A stretch of DNA of 60,027 nt from a virus (taxonomy: Duplodnaviria > Caudoviricetes): the IMG/VR virus record IMGVR_UViG_3300032315_000413, positions 1-60,027 of that record. One strand, written 5' to 3'. Shown here piece by piece: positions 7,470 to 16,834 of the stretch. Made by a program: the position numbers and the translations under genes. Numbering within the stretch: the first letter of the stretch is position 1; every line of letters begins with the position of its first letter. The notes beneath the pieces were generated by a model, which was given only the letters and a program-made list of their open reading frames with translations, was not told the origin of the DNA and did no database searches.

Positions 7470-7646
7470 ATGAAAATCAAAACCGAATACGACCCGCGCG
7501 CCCTGCTGCCCTCATGGGAGTGGACCGCGTGGGACGAAAGCACCTACGACGGGGCCGACGACGCCGGTCCCAAGGCGCGCGCCATCGGGTGCGGCCCGAC
7601 CGAGGCGGAAGCGATCGCAGACCTCATGGAGCAGCTCGAATCGTGA
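7470..7646 (+). CDS. Hypothetical protein (58 aa, below ORF-track cutoff)
   Basis: GGAGG RBS. MKIKTEYDP...WEWTAWDESTYDG...IGCGPTEAEAIADLMEQLES; abuts both neighbours. Confidence 0.7.
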   Translation: MKIKTEYDPRALLPSWEWTAWDESTYDGADDAGPKARAIGCGPTEAEAIADLMEQLES

Positions 7647-7816
7647 TCAACAAGATGCGCCCCGGCGATGTGTTGGTCGTCGTACGCGTGCCGCACGGGG
7701 CCAAGCCGCCGCCGGGGTTCAAGCATCGCGACGGTGCCGTTGGCACGCATCACGGCAAGCACACGACGCACGCGGTGCGGCTGGTGCGGAAGCGGAAAAA
7801 GAAGGTGAAGAAGTGA
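7643..7816 (+). CDS. Small basic hypothetical protein
   Basis: GTGA overlaps with both neighbours. Confidence 0.5.
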   Translation: MINKMRPGDVLVVVRVPHGAKPPPGFKHRDGAVGTHHGKHTTHAVRLVRKRKKKVKK

Positions 7817-8100
7817 CCAGCCCCCTTACAGAGTTCGACCGCGCCATTGCTGACATCACCCAACGCCGGGGCGACGTCTACGGTCACCCTGCCGATCACT
7901 TTGCGCGCATCGCCCAGATCAAGGCGGGCGTGGCCGACTGCCAAAATCCGCTTATCCGGCACGCACTCGAGATGATCGCCGTGAAGATGGCGCGGCTGGT
8001 GACGTCGCCGGACCATATCGATAGCCTGATCGACATTGCGGGGTACGCCCGCTGTGCGGCGATGATTTTGGACAGACAAAAAAACTGCGAGGCAAAATGA
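7813..8100 (+). CDS. DUF6378-like phage protein
   Basis: RGDVYGHP..HFARIA...MIAVKMARL...HIDSLIDIAGYA signature. Confidence 0.8.
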   Translation: MTSPLTEFDRAIADITQRRGDVYGHPADHFARIAQIKAGVADCQNPLIRHALEMIAVKMARLVTSPDHIDSLIDIAGYARCAAMILDRQKNCEAK

Positions 8101-9587
8101 CAAAGATCAAAAAAGAACCAGCGAAGCCCACGCTTGACGTGGCCGCTGCCCCCCGTGCGGTGCAAGGTGCCAAGGGTGGCGTCGTGCGAATCGAACCGCA
8201 CGGGGGGACTTCCTATCAGGCGTTTTTGGCATCAAAGGCCGTGCGCGCTTCGATGCGTGGGCTAAAGCAAGTCCCCGAACTTGCGGCGCACCTGTTCAAC
8301 TATCAGGCGCATAGCGTCGCGCACGCTTTGCAGGCAGGCGGGGCGGGCTTGTTCCTCGATACTGGCTTAGGCAAGACCGAGTGCCAGCTTGAATTTCTGC
8401 GGCACGCTGGCGAGACAACAAACGGGCGCACGCTGCTTTTGACGCCGCTTGCCGTCGCCGGTCAAACGAAGCGCCGCGCCGAACGGTGGGGATACGAGGC
8501 CCGCGTCATTCGCGACCAAAGCGAAGCGGGCGAGGGCATCAATATCGTGAACTATGACCGGCTTGATAGGATTGACCCATCATGGTTTGGCGCCGTGTCG
8601 CTAGACGAAGCTTCGATCCTCAAAAGCTTTACCGGCAAGACGACGCGCGCACTTATCAATGCGTTTCGCGGGCATAGGTTCAAGCTTGCCGCAACCGCAA
8701 CGCCTGCGCCTAACGATCATATGGAACTCGGAAACTACGCCGAATTCCTAGAGATTATGCAGGCGAATGAAATGCTGTCCCGCTGGTTTATGAACGATAC
8801 CAGCACCGCAAGCCAAGAGTGGCGATTGAAGGGCCATGCGGAATCGGACTTTTGGGATTGGCTGGCATCGTGGGCGCGTTGTGCCGAACTGCCATCGGAT
8901 CTCGGGGGCGACGATACGGGCTTTATTTTGCCCGAGCTTGCAATCTTCCGGCATCGTTCGGCGGAAACGCATATAAAGGGCGGCGAAGGCCTGTTTGCCG
9001 ACGTAAGTATGTCGGCAACTAATATGCACGCGGTCAAACGGCAAACGAGCGCCGCGCGCGCGGATGCGATTGCGGGCGTCGTCGCGCGCGAGGCTGGCGA
9101 GGCTTGGCTTATCTGGTGCGATACAGACTACGAGGCCGACGCGCTAAAGGCGGCAATCCCGAGCGCGATCGAGGTGCGCGGCTCGCACACGACCGAGCAA
9201 AAGGAAGAACGGTTAGAAGCTTTTGCAACAAATCAATCAAAGCACTTGATCGCCAAGCCGCAAATGTGCGGGTTTGGTCTGGACTGGTCGCACTGTGCGC
9301 GCATGGCGTTTGTGGGGCGGTCTTATAGCTACGAAACCTTCTATCAGGCCGTGCGCCGTTGCCAGCGTTTTGGGCAGACGCGGCAGGTGCAAGTGCATAT
9401 CGCAGTCGCAGAAGGCGAAGCCGAGATCGGGCGCATCGTTGAACGCAAGACCGCCGATCACGCCAAGATGAAGATTGCAATGCGGGCCGCGATGGCCCGT
9501 GCAAAGGATGCGTCGCGTGTTGCGCGCGTCGAATACGAACCAAAACACAAAGGAAGGCTTCCAAAATGGCTCACATCCGTTGCTTGA
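8097..9587 (+). CDS. SNF2-like superfamily 2 helicase
   Basis: DTGLGKT, LDEAS, TATPAPND, GFGLDW and QAVRRCQRFGQ motifs. Confidence 0.9.
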   Translation: MTKIKKEPAKPTLDVAAAPRAVQGAKGGVVRIEPHGGTSYQAFLASKAVRASMRGLKQVPELAAHLFNYQAHSVAHALQAGGAGLFLDTGLGKTECQLEFLRHAGETTNGRTLLLTPLAVAGQTKRRAERWGYEARVIRDQSEAGEGINIVNYDRLDRIDPSWFGAVSLDEASILKSFTGKTTRALINAFRGHRFKLAATATPAPNDHMELGNYAEFLEIMQANEMLSRWFMNDTSTASQEWRLKGHAESDFWDWLASWARCAELPSDLGGDDTGFILPELAIFRHRSAETHIKGGEGLFADVSMSATNMHAVKRQTSAARADAIAGVVAREAGEAWLIWCDTDYEADALKAAIPSAIEVRGSHTTEQKEERLEAFATNQSKHLIAKPQMCGFGLDWSHCARMAFVGRSYSYETFYQAVRRCQRFGQTRQVQVHIAVAEGEAEIGRIVERKTADHAKMKIAMRAAMARAKDASRVARVEYEPKHKGRLPKWLTSVA

Positions 9588-10453
9588 ACGAATCGCATGG
9601 CAATAACTTTGCCGTCTATAACGGAGATTGCGTCGATATTGTTGGTCAATTGCCGGATGCGTCGATAGATTTTAGCGTCTACTCGCCGCCGTTTGGCTCG
9701 CTTTTCGTGTACTCGGAAAGTGCCGCCGACATGGGCAATTCGACGGACGAAGAATTTGCTAAACACTACGCGTGGCTTGTGCGCGAGAAATTCCGAGTTA
9801 CCAAGCCGGGACGATTGACCGCCGTGCATTGCAGCGACTTACCCATGACGAAATGGCGCGATGGTGCCGTTGGCATTAAAGATTTTTCGGGCGACATTAT
9901 CCGTATCCATCAAGATGCCGGATGGATCATGCACTCGCGTCGCACGATCTGGAAATGCCCCGTTGTCGAAATGACGCGCACGAAGCATGTCGGGTTACTT
10001 TACAAGCAACTTATGAAGGATAGCAGCAAGTCGCGCGGCGGTATGCCTGACTATCTGATTACATTTATCAAGTCTGGAGAGAACGCATCGCCCATCGTTC
10101 ACACGCCGGAGAATTTCCCGCTTGACCAATGGCAGGAATGGGCGTCGCCGGTATGGATGAGCATCAATCAATCGAACGTGCTTAACGTCAAGCTGGCACG
10201 CGAACAAAACGACGAGCGCCATCTTTGCCCGCTCCAATTGGACGTTATCGAACGCGCGCTGATTATGTGGAGTAACGCGGGCGATATTGTGCTTTCCCCG
10301 TTTACCGGCATCGGTAGCGAGGGCGTTATGTCGCTAAAGCTTGGCCGCAAGTTTATCGGCACCGAGCTGAAGGAAAGCTACTGGAAACAGGCGACGCGCT
10401 ACTTGCAAGCCCAAGACGCGCAAGACGATCTGTTTAAGCGTGAAATTGCGTAA
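9566..10453 (+). CDS. DNA N6-adenine/N4-cytosine methyltransferase (beta class)
   Basis: Catalytic SPPF motif, then HLCP and VLSPFTGIGS SAM-binding motif, FIGTEL. Confidence 0.9.
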   Translation: MAHIRCLNESHGNNFAVYNGDCVDIVGQLPDASIDFSVYSPPFGSLFVYSESAADMGNSTDEEFAKHYAWLVREKFRVTKPGRLTAVHCSDLPMTKWRDGAVGIKDFSGDIIRIHQDAGWIMHSRRTIWKCPVVEMTRTKHVGLLYKQLMKDSSKSRGGMPDYLITFIKSGENASPIVHTPENFPLDQWQEWASPVWMSINQSNVLNVKLAREQNDERHLCPLQLDVIERALIMWSNAGDIVLSPFTGIGSEGVMSLKLGRKFIGTELKESYWKQATRYLQAQDAQDDLFKREIA

Positions 10454-10458
10454 CCGCC

Positions 10459-10647
10459 ATGACCCTCACCGAAGAGGCCCTGATCTACTGGACGACGGCG
10501 CTCTATATCAGAGACGCCAAACGGCTCGCGGTCTACCTGACCAAGGATGACATCGCGCAAATCCGCGCCAATGCCACGGCGCTGGCCGCAAGCCGCAATG
10601 CGACCGTGCGCCGCGTGGCGCGCAATCTGCCGGTCGTCATCACTTAG
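10459..10647 (+). CDS. Hypothetical protein
   Basis: 62-aa ORF filling the gap before the convergent primase gene. Confidence 0.5.
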   Translation: MTLTEEALIYWTTALYIRDAKRLAVYLTKDDIAQIRANATALAASRNATVRRVARNLPVVIT

Positions 10648-12874
10648 CTTTGTAGACCGTCGTCGGCTTGGTCGAGGTGGGGCGGATCTCGCTCGTGATG
10701 CTCTCCGCCTCGACCAGCGACTTCAGCACCTGATCGCGATCGCGCCCAAGGAAATGCGTGGCGCGGATGAGGGCCGACCGCGTAATGCCGCCCGCACCGG
10801 CAGCGCGGATCACTTGCAGCGTGCGCTTGACCTGAGACTCGGCGGCATTGTCGGCCACATGCTTGTCGATGCCGTCGATCAGCAAATTGACGCTGCGCTG
10901 CACGACGATCTCCGCCCATCGTACATCCGCGAGCGTGATGACCGGCTTCTGCGGATCTCGGCTGACGGCGCGGATCATTGCGAGGCGGCTCGTGTACTCC
11001 CACTGCCGCGCGAGGATCGCCGTGTAGGCCGTCCCGGCAAGCTGCCGCTGCTGGCTGTTGATCTCGTTACTGATCGCGTCCAGACGCGCCTCGGCATCCG
11101 GCTCCAATGGCACGGTCATAAGCTCTTTGGGTGCAACGTCGCCGCCCGCCATAAACTGCGACAAGTTGCCGGTTGACCCAAGCGGCCACGCGACCGCGCG
11201 CAGGCCATCGATCAAATCATCCGACAGATCGATCTCGCCGTCGATCTTCTTCGGGTCTGGGTAGGATTCTTCCGTCTGGAAAATCAGAAAGCGTGCAATC
11301 GAACCATCGTGCGCGTTGCCGCTCTGGAGTGCGCTCCAAAACTGCCCCGGCGTGGTCGTGCCGTGAATGCATGCGTGCGGCTGGATGATGGACTTGCGGG
11401 GGCGCTCCTTCTGGTCGCCGTACTCCGTGCCTAACCACACACCGTTCGCGGCGGTGTAGAAGTCTGTGAGGTTATCGATGACCTCAGTCAAGTGGCGCGG
11501 GCTGCGCTTGCGGTCGGCAATCGCGCTCATAAATTGCCCGAACTCATCCTGCTGGAACAAAATCGCCGGATGCCGCGCGACGGCGCTGATCAGGCCCGCC
11601 CCCGAGGCGATCTTGTGACCGCCAAGATATTCCTCAAGGCCCGCATCCAAGAACGCGCGATTGATGACCTCGCGCGCGACGTTCTTGCCTGCCCCCGAAT
11701 CCGCGATGCTGACGACATAGACGTTGGAACGCAGATTGCTCGTCGTGCGATATTTGCGACCCATCAATACGCCCATGGCCGCGATGCAGGCACCCACGGC
11801 CAAAATCGGCTGCGGTCGGCGTGCCGACGCGATAATAGCATCGAACAAATGCTGCATGATGCCGCCGACGTCGAAGAAGCCGGGGGCCACAGGTTCTGCG
11901 CGCGGCGCTGTTTCTGGCTCCGGCTCCTCTTGCGTCTGCGATTTCGGCTTCATTTGCAGGACGATCGGCGTGATGTTCGGCATGCCGACACGCTCTTTGA
12001 GCCAATTGGTCGCCGCATCGAAGTCGCCGCCCGCCGCCGCCATCACGAGATCGAGCGGCGTAAAGGATCGCCCCTCGCCCCAATCGGTAATGCCGTCGGG
12101 ATGGATCGACACGTTGGGGTTTTCGCAATTGCGCCAGTGCGCTGTGACGCGGTACGAGCCGTCGCCGCGCGCCTTCGCCATTGGAAACAGCTCCGGTACC
12201 CATGTGCTGAAGTCGGCCATCGCGCGGTCGTTGATCTCGCGCCAATAGCTGTCGTTCTCGCCAAGGACGACACTGCGCTTGACGGTCGGTGCCTTGTCGT
12301 CGTCCGACTGCCAAGGTGCGATGACACGCTCGACGCGCTCGATCAGATCGTCGGGCAACTCCGGCAGCTCGCGCGCGGATGTGTTCTCAAGCGTGTCCGG
12401 TGTCAGCCACGCATACGGCATGCCGTCGGGATGGATCGTCGGCGGCAAGACCGTCTGCCGCCCATGGCCGAGGATCTCCATCACGCTCTGGCCGCCCACG
12501 CGCCACTTACGCGCCGTGATGTCGGAACCGCGATAGAAGGCCGTGTAGCCCTTGGCGCCCTTCTTCTTGACCGGCGACGGCGGCAGCAAGGCCTCGAGCT
12601 GACGGCGAAGATCGTCTGGCCCGTAATCGAAGTCGATCGCGATCAGGTTCGATGCGCGGCCCAAGGCCACGCACACGCCCGCATCGGGCCACTTCTCCCA
12701 ATTATTGACCTCAAACGTGGTCGGCAGGCGGTCGCAGTAGCGTTCCCACTCCTTCATGCCGCGCCACTCGCCGCGCATGAACGCACCGGGGCGTTTTTCG
12801 CCGGGGACAATGGGGATCGCCGAGTACCCGAGGTCGATAAGACGCGGGGCGACGCGGTTGTAGGGTGAGGTCAT
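10640..12874 (-). CDS. Bifunctional primase-polymerase fused to DUF3987-type P-loop helicase
   Basis: N-terminal AIPIVPGEKRP, LIAIDFD and QTVLPPTIHPDG..YAW; C-terminal DSGAGKN Walker A and QQDEFG. ATGA overlap with the MTase stop. Confidence 0.85.
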   Translation of the reverse strand: MTSPYNRVAPRLIDLGYSAIPIVPGEKRPGAFMRGEWRGMKEWERYCDRLPTTFEVNNWEKWPDAGVCVALGRASNLIAIDFDYGPDDLRRQLEALLPPSPVKKKGAKGYTAFYRGSDITARKWRVGGQSVMEILGHGRQTVLPPTIHPDGMPYAWLTPDTLENTSARELPELPDDLIERVERVIAPWQSDDDKAPTVKRSVVLGENDSYWREINDRAMADFSTWVPELFPMAKARGDGSYRVTAHWRNCENPNVSIHPDGITDWGEGRSFTPLDLVMAAAGGDFDAATNWLKERVGMPNITPIVLQMKPKSQTQEEPEPETAPRAEPVAPGFFDVGGIMQHLFDAIIASARRPQPILAVGACIAAMGVLMGRKYRTTSNLRSNVYVVSIADSGAGKNVAREVINRAFLDAGLEEYLGGHKIASGAGLISAVARHPAILFQQDEFGQFMSAIADRKRSPRHLTEVIDNLTDFYTAANGVWLGTEYGDQKERPRKSIIQPHACIHGTTTPGQFWSALQSGNAHDGSIARFLIFQTEESYPDPKKIDGEIDLSDDLIDGLRAVAWPLGSTGNLSQFMAGGDVAPKELMTVPLEPDAEARLDAISNEINSQQRQLAGTAYTAILARQWEYTSRLAMIRAVSRDPQKPVITLADVRWAEIVVQRSVNLLIDGIDKHVADNAAESQVKRTLQVIRAAGAGGITRSALIRATHFLGRDRDQVLKSLVEAESITSEIRPTSTKPTTVYKAK

Positions 12875-13995
12875 AGCTTGTCCACCATTGCAATCCTCTG
12901 CCCTATCCAGCGCATGCACGGCACGGCCATGCTGTTGCCGATCGCCTTGTATCGCGACCCGTCTGCTGCGGGCTTGTTCCGGTACGGCACCAGCGTCCAA
13001 TCGTCGGGAAATCCCTGCAATCTTTCACACTCTCTGGGTGTAAGGCGGCGCACGGCGGTCGATTGCATAACTTTTGGGCCGCTGTGGTTTGGCGCACCGC
13101 TTTCGGCGTTCAGTGTCGCAGCGACCTCGCCGCTGATGGCGTGATTGTAAACATCAACCGCCACAGCCACCTGACCGTCGGCATTGGCATGGCTCGCGCT
13201 GTGACCCATCGCACGCAGCGTCGGTGCCGTATCGCCAGCGTCGGCACCGTGATCCTTGCATGTGAAGGCCACTAGGTTCTGGCACTCGTCGCCGCCCGGC
13301 CCGCCTGTACCCTTGGACCATTTGGACGACACGGCCCCGACGATCAGGCTGTCGGCGCTATCGGCGCATGTGCCGTATGTTCTGCCGCCGCTTGTAGGGC
13401 CAGCGCCAATTGTGGGGGCAGGCTTTTGCCCCGCTTGTCGGCGCGGCGCAGGATGCCCCGACAGGCTGTGGCGCTCAAATAGAACCGCTGCGGCACGCTG
13501 CCAGCTTCCAAGATGTCCGACAACGAACACGCGACGCCGTCGCTGGGGTACTCCAAAGAACTGAGCGTCAAGCACTCGGTAGGCGATGCCATACCCGAGT
13601 TCGACCATGCCCCCGAGTATGGAACCAAAGTCCCGTCCGCAGTTTGATGACAAGACGCCGGGTACGTTCTCCCAAACCAGCCATCGGGCGCGCGTTCGTT
13701 GAGCAAGTCTAAGAAACTCGAGGGCCAAGTTGCCACGGTCGTCGGCCAAGCCGCCTCTAAGCCCTGCGACCGAGAAAGATTGGCAGGGGGTTCCTCCAAC
13801 AAGAAGGTCGATTGGCCCATATTCGTCGCCTTTGATCGTGGTGAAGTCGCCATGGATCGGCACCTCTGGAAAACGATGTTTCAAAACCGCGCGCGGGAAC
13901 GCCTCGATCTCGCTGAAAAACGCAGGCTCCCAGCCAAGCGGATGCCACGCGACGGATGCGGCCTCGATGCCGCTGCACACGCTGCCGTATCTCAC
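12871..13995 (-). CDS. DNA cytosine-5 methyltransferase
   Basis: SVCSGIE (I), GGTPCQSFS (IV), WENVPG (VI), PQRRRRVF (VIII), RRLTPRECERLQGFPD (IX), IGNSMAV (X). GTG start at 13995. Confidence 0.95.
   Translation of the reverse strand: MRYGSVCSGIEAASVAWHPLGWEPAFFSEIEAFPRAVLKHRFPEVPIHGDFTTIKGDEYGPIDLLVGGTPCQSFSVAGLRGGLADDRGNLALEFLRLAQRTRARWLVWENVPGVLSSNCGRDFGSILGGMVELGYGIAYRVLDAQFFGVPQRRRRVFVVGHLGSWQRAAAVLFERHSLSGHPAPRRQAGQKPAPTIGAGPTSGGRTYGTCADSADSLIVGAVSSKWSKGTGGPGGDECQNLVAFTCKDHGADAGDTAPTLRAMGHSASHANADGQVAVAVDVYNHAISGEVAATLNAESGAPNHSGPKVMQSTAVRRLTPRECERLQGFPDDWTLVPYRNKPAADGSRYKAIGNSMAVPCMRWIGQRIAMVDKL
13344..13853 (-). CDS. Nested alternative-frame ORF resembling the M.EcoHK31I beta polypeptide
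   Basis: WSNSGMASPTECLTLSSLEYPSDGVACSLSDILE...FYLSATACRGILRRA..RGKSLP resembles the beta subunit as I recall it. Start is uncertain. Confidence 0.6.
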   Translation of the reverse strand: MATSPRSKATNMGQSTFLLEEPPANLSRSQGLEAAWPTTVATWPSSFLDLLNERAPDGWFGRTYPASCHQTADGTLVPYSGAWSNSGMASPTECLTLSSLEYPSDGVACSLSDILEAGSVPQRFYLSATACRGILRRADKRGKSLPPQLALALQAAAEHTAHAPIAPTA

Positions 13996-14396
13996 GTTGC
14001 CGTCACCGTAACGACGACGCAATCATTGTGGGCATAGTGCTTCTCGACCAGCATCCAATAAATTTGGACATCATCGACGTACACGATGCCGTTCAAAGAA
14101 TCTGCCCAAACCTTTGCAAGATTGTCCGCGTCCGGTTTGGTCAGACACGGCGAGCCGATTGCAGCCTCGCGTTTTGTTTTGCTCCACGAGGCTGGCGGCG
14201 CAAAATACGCCTGCAGGATGAATTGCACGCGCCCCGTAAAAGGCTCGCGTCCCGCCATCGCCTTGCGTGCGGCGTACTGTATCTCTTGCGTGTAGCTGCG
14301 CGTCTTATCCGGCGTGTACGCGTGACCGCTTCGCGTGAACCGAGGCCGACCCTTGCCCTGCGGCTTTAACATCAACGATATTGTGATCGGTTCCAA
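13992..14396 (-). CDS. rusA: RusA-family Holliday junction resolvase
   Basis: PQGKGRPRF...YTP and KPDADNLAKVWADSLNGIVYVDDVQI catalytic motif. TTG start after GGAGG. Confidence 0.92.
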   Translation of the reverse strand: MEPITISLMLKPQGKGRPRFTRSGHAYTPDKTRSYTQEIQYAARKAMAGREPFTGRVQFILQAYFAPPASWSKTKREAAIGSPCLTKPDADNLAKVWADSLNGIVYVDDVQIYWMLVEKHYAHNDCVVVTVTAT

Positions 14397-14784
14397 GGAA
14401 CGCCTCCAATTTGATTTTCTTGTCGGTCGCATTGATGAGCAGGCGCGCGATGTCGAGCGAAGGCTCGACGGCACCCGACATGATGCGTGCGAACTGTGTC
14501 TGCGTGACGCCGATCGTGGCTGCAATGGCGCGAAGCTCGACGCCATTGATGCGCGCCCACGCACGAACGCGGCAGCGCCAATCTTGCGTGTCGCACTCGG
14601 TGTCGTAAAAATCTTTGACCCGCACTTGGCCCTTTGTGACGCGCTCGATCTCGCGCATCTGCGCGATCTCGGGGCGACGGTTTCCCAGCACCCAGCGCGT
14701 GACGGACGCGCGGGACGCATTAATGAGGCGCGCAAAATCGGCCTGATTTATGTGCGCTTTTGCAAGGTATGTCTTGAGTTTCAT
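14305..14784 (-). CDS. Tandem double HTH (XRE/Cro-like) regulator
   Basis: Two HTH units: NQADFARLINASRASVTRWVLGNRRP and LRAIAATIGVTQTQFARIMSGAVEP. First gene of the leftward operon. Confidence 0.8.
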   Translation of the reverse strand: MKLKTYLAKAHINQADFARLINASRASVTRWVLGNRRPEIAQMREIERVTKGQVRVKDFYDTECDTQDWRCRVRAWARINGVELRAIAATIGVTQTQFARIMSGAVEPSLDIARLLINATDKKIKLEAFLGTDHNIVDVKAAGQGSASVHAKRSRVHAG

Positions 14785-14789
14785 GCTGC

Positions 14790-14845
14790 CTGTATAGCCC
14801 CAAAATAAATTGTTGACAAGGGTTTTGAGGCAGGGCTATAAACAG
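14790..14845. promoter_or_regulatory. Divergent promoter/operator region
   Basis: TTGACA (14813)-N18-TATAAA (14837), with inverted repeat TATAGCCC...GGGCTATA flanking the -35. Confidence 0.6.
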
Positions 14846-14885
14846 ACCGTTGAAGCAGCAGGGCCAAGGCCCAATGGAGAATGAA

Positions 14886-15308
14886 ATGGGAAAGAGCATC
14901 AGCAAGACCGCAGCGCGCAATCGCACGCCGCAAGATATTGCCGCCGAATTGATGGCAGCAAAATCGGCAGAGGCGAAAGCCAACGCCGCCCGCGTCGAAC
15001 TCGAGCAGGAGTTCATTGATGCGGTTTCCTTCGACAAAACCGAAGGCAGCACCACCTACAACGAGGGTCCGTATCGCGTGACCATCACCGCCAAGTTGGA
15101 TCGCAAGGCGACCGACTTCGGCGATTTCCTTGAAGCCTGCAAGAAGCTCCCCGGCAATCTCCAGCCGACCAAGAACAAGGTCGAGTTGGACGTCGCTGGT
15201 CTGAAATTTCTTCAGACCGAGCAGCCCGATCTCTACAAGATCGTCGCCAAATATTTGGTGACGAAACCCGCGAAGACGGCTGTCGTCGTCGTGAAAACGG
15301 AGGAATAA
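14886..15308 (+). CDS. Conserved phage protein upstream of Sak4
   Basis: GGAGA RBS; N-terminal coiled coil (AKSAEAKANAARVELEQE) and C-terminal TKPAKTAV. Confidence 0.7.
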   Translation: MGKSISKTAARNRTPQDIAAELMAAKSAEAKANAARVELEQEFIDAVSFDKTEGSTTYNEGPYRVTITAKLDRKATDFGDFLEACKKLPGNLQPTKNKVELDVAGLKFLQTEQPDLYKIVAKYLVTKPAKTAVVVVKTEE

Positions 15309-15314
15309 CCAAAG

Positions 15315-16154
15315 ATGGCAATCAATCTTGCATCACTGCGGCGCACGGCGGTCAAGCGACCGCCGCGCATTTTTGCTTACGGCGCAGATGGGACCGGCAA
15401 AAGCACGTTTGCTGCCGCCGCACCCAATCCCGTTTTCATTCAGACCGAAGACGGCTTGGACGCGCTCGATGTGCAGGCCTTTCCGCTTGCACGTTCGTTT
15501 GCCGACGTCATGGATGCGATCGGCGCGCTCGCAGAAGAGGAACACACGTTCCAGACCGTCGTGCTAGATTCGGTTGATTGGTGCGAACAGCTCATCTTTA
15601 AAGACGTCAGCCAAGAAGCCAAGGTCGCGAATATTTCTGAGATCGGCTATAGCAAAGGCTTCGTCGCGGCGTTGTCGCGTTGGTCGATGTTGCTTGAAGG
15701 CCTCGACATCCTGCGGAACGAGCGCAACATGGGCGTCATTTTGATCGGCCACGCTGCCATCAAAAAGTTCGACGACCCGACGACCGAATCATACGATCGT
15801 TGGCAACCGGACATGCACGCGAGTGCCGCAAGCACTTTGTCGGAGTGGGCTGACGTTCTTGCGTTCGTCAATTTCCGCGTGGCCGTCAAGCAGCAGGACG
15901 TCGGCTTCAATCGCAAGATCGCCAAGGGTACCGGCAACGGCACGCGCACAATGTTCCTTGAGAGCCGTCCTGCGTTCCAAGCCAAGTCGCGCTGGCGCAT
16001 CGGCACCGACTGCCCCCTTGATTGGTCGACGTTCGCCGCACGCCTCGAAAAGGCGCAAGGCGGTCAGGACGCGGCCCACGTCGAGGATGCCGAGCCGGTG
16101 GCCGAGGAAAAGCCGGTCGAGATCAAGAAGGAAGGCAAGGTGAAAGCCGCATGA
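15315..16154 (+). CDS. Sak4-like AAA_24 ATPase / recombinase
   Basis: YGADGTGKSTFA, FIQTEDG, TVVLDSVDW, LIGH, EWAD and AKSR motifs. Confidence 0.9.
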   Translation: MAINLASLRRTAVKRPPRIFAYGADGTGKSTFAAAAPNPVFIQTEDGLDALDVQAFPLARSFADVMDAIGALAEEEHTFQTVVLDSVDWCEQLIFKDVSQEAKVANISEIGYSKGFVAALSRWSMLLEGLDILRNERNMGVILIGHAAIKKFDDPTTESYDRWQPDMHASAASTLSEWADVLAFVNFRVAVKQQDVGFNRKIAKGTGNGTRTMFLESRPAFQAKSRWRIGTDCPLDWSTFAARLEKAQGGQDAAHVEDAEPVAEEKPVEIKKEGKVKAA

Positions 16155-16258
16155 GCGGCTATGACGAAGTGTTTGAGCGTTTCAACCTATGTCCAGATGT
16201 TCACGAGGATCGCCTGCGGGCCATCGACATCTGGATTGCTGAAAGGAATGGAAAGACA

Positions 16259-16780
16259 ATGGCTCAACTTGGGCAGACTTTCGACGCCAACAGCGTGCCG
16301 CTTGCGGACGACTTCCAGCCGCTGCCGGTGGGCGACTATCGCGTCGAGATCGTGCAAAGCGAAATGCGGACCACGAAGGACGGCAACGGGCAGTATCTGT
16401 GGTTGGAGATGGCGATCATCGACGGCGAGTACGCCAACCGTAAAATCTGGGACCGCCTGAACCTGATTAACGGCAACCAGCAGGCTGTCGAGATCGCGCA
16501 GCGCACGCTGTCGAGCATCTGCCACGCGGTCGGCAAGATGACAGTGGACGACAGCGAGGAGCTGCACCAAATCCCGTTCGTCGCCAAGGCCCGCCTCGTG
16601 CCGGATAAGCAGCGTGGGGGCGTGCAGAACGCCTTCTCGTACAAGGCCGAGGGGGATGCAGCCCCCGCCAAGCCCGCAGCGCGCCCAGCGGCCCCGGCTG
16701 CGCGCCCCGCACCGGCTGCAGCGGCCAAGCCCGTCGGCGCACCGGCAGGCAAGCCGTGGGAGCGCGCCAAACGCGCGTGA
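16259..16780 (+). CDS. DUF669 ssDNA-binding protein
   Basis: FQPLPVGDY, GEYANRKIWDRLNL and LSSICHAVG; Pro/Ala-rich tail ending PW. Confidence 0.88.
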   Translation: MAQLGQTFDANSVPLADDFQPLPVGDYRVEIVQSEMRTTKDGNGQYLWLEMAIIDGEYANRKIWDRLNLINGNQQAVEIAQRTLSSICHAVGKMTVDDSEELHQIPFVAKARLVPDKQRGGVQNAFSYKAEGDAAPAKPAARPAAPAARPAPAAAAKPVGAPAGKPWERAKRA

Positions 16781-16788
16781 GGTCAATG

Positions 16789-16824
16789 CCCCCGGTGGCG
16801 TCAAGCTGCCGGGGGATTCTTTCT
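16789..16824 (+). terminator. Hairpin after the SSB gene
   Basis: CCCCCGGTGGC-GTCAA-GCTGCCGGGGG followed by ATTCTTTCT. Confidence 0.55.
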
Positions 16825-16834
16825 GCGAGGGCCA

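Noticed and set aside
13590-13630. Partial gapped self-match of array 3 (GA.TA.GG.AC) in the C5 MTase gene; similar 4-unit matches of array 2 at about 3674-3686 (terL) and about 5725-5736
   Set aside because: Only about four consecutive dinucleotides (8 bases) match, which is expected by chance in 60 kb, and extension needs gaps and mismatches. No self-target is claimed without a computed search.
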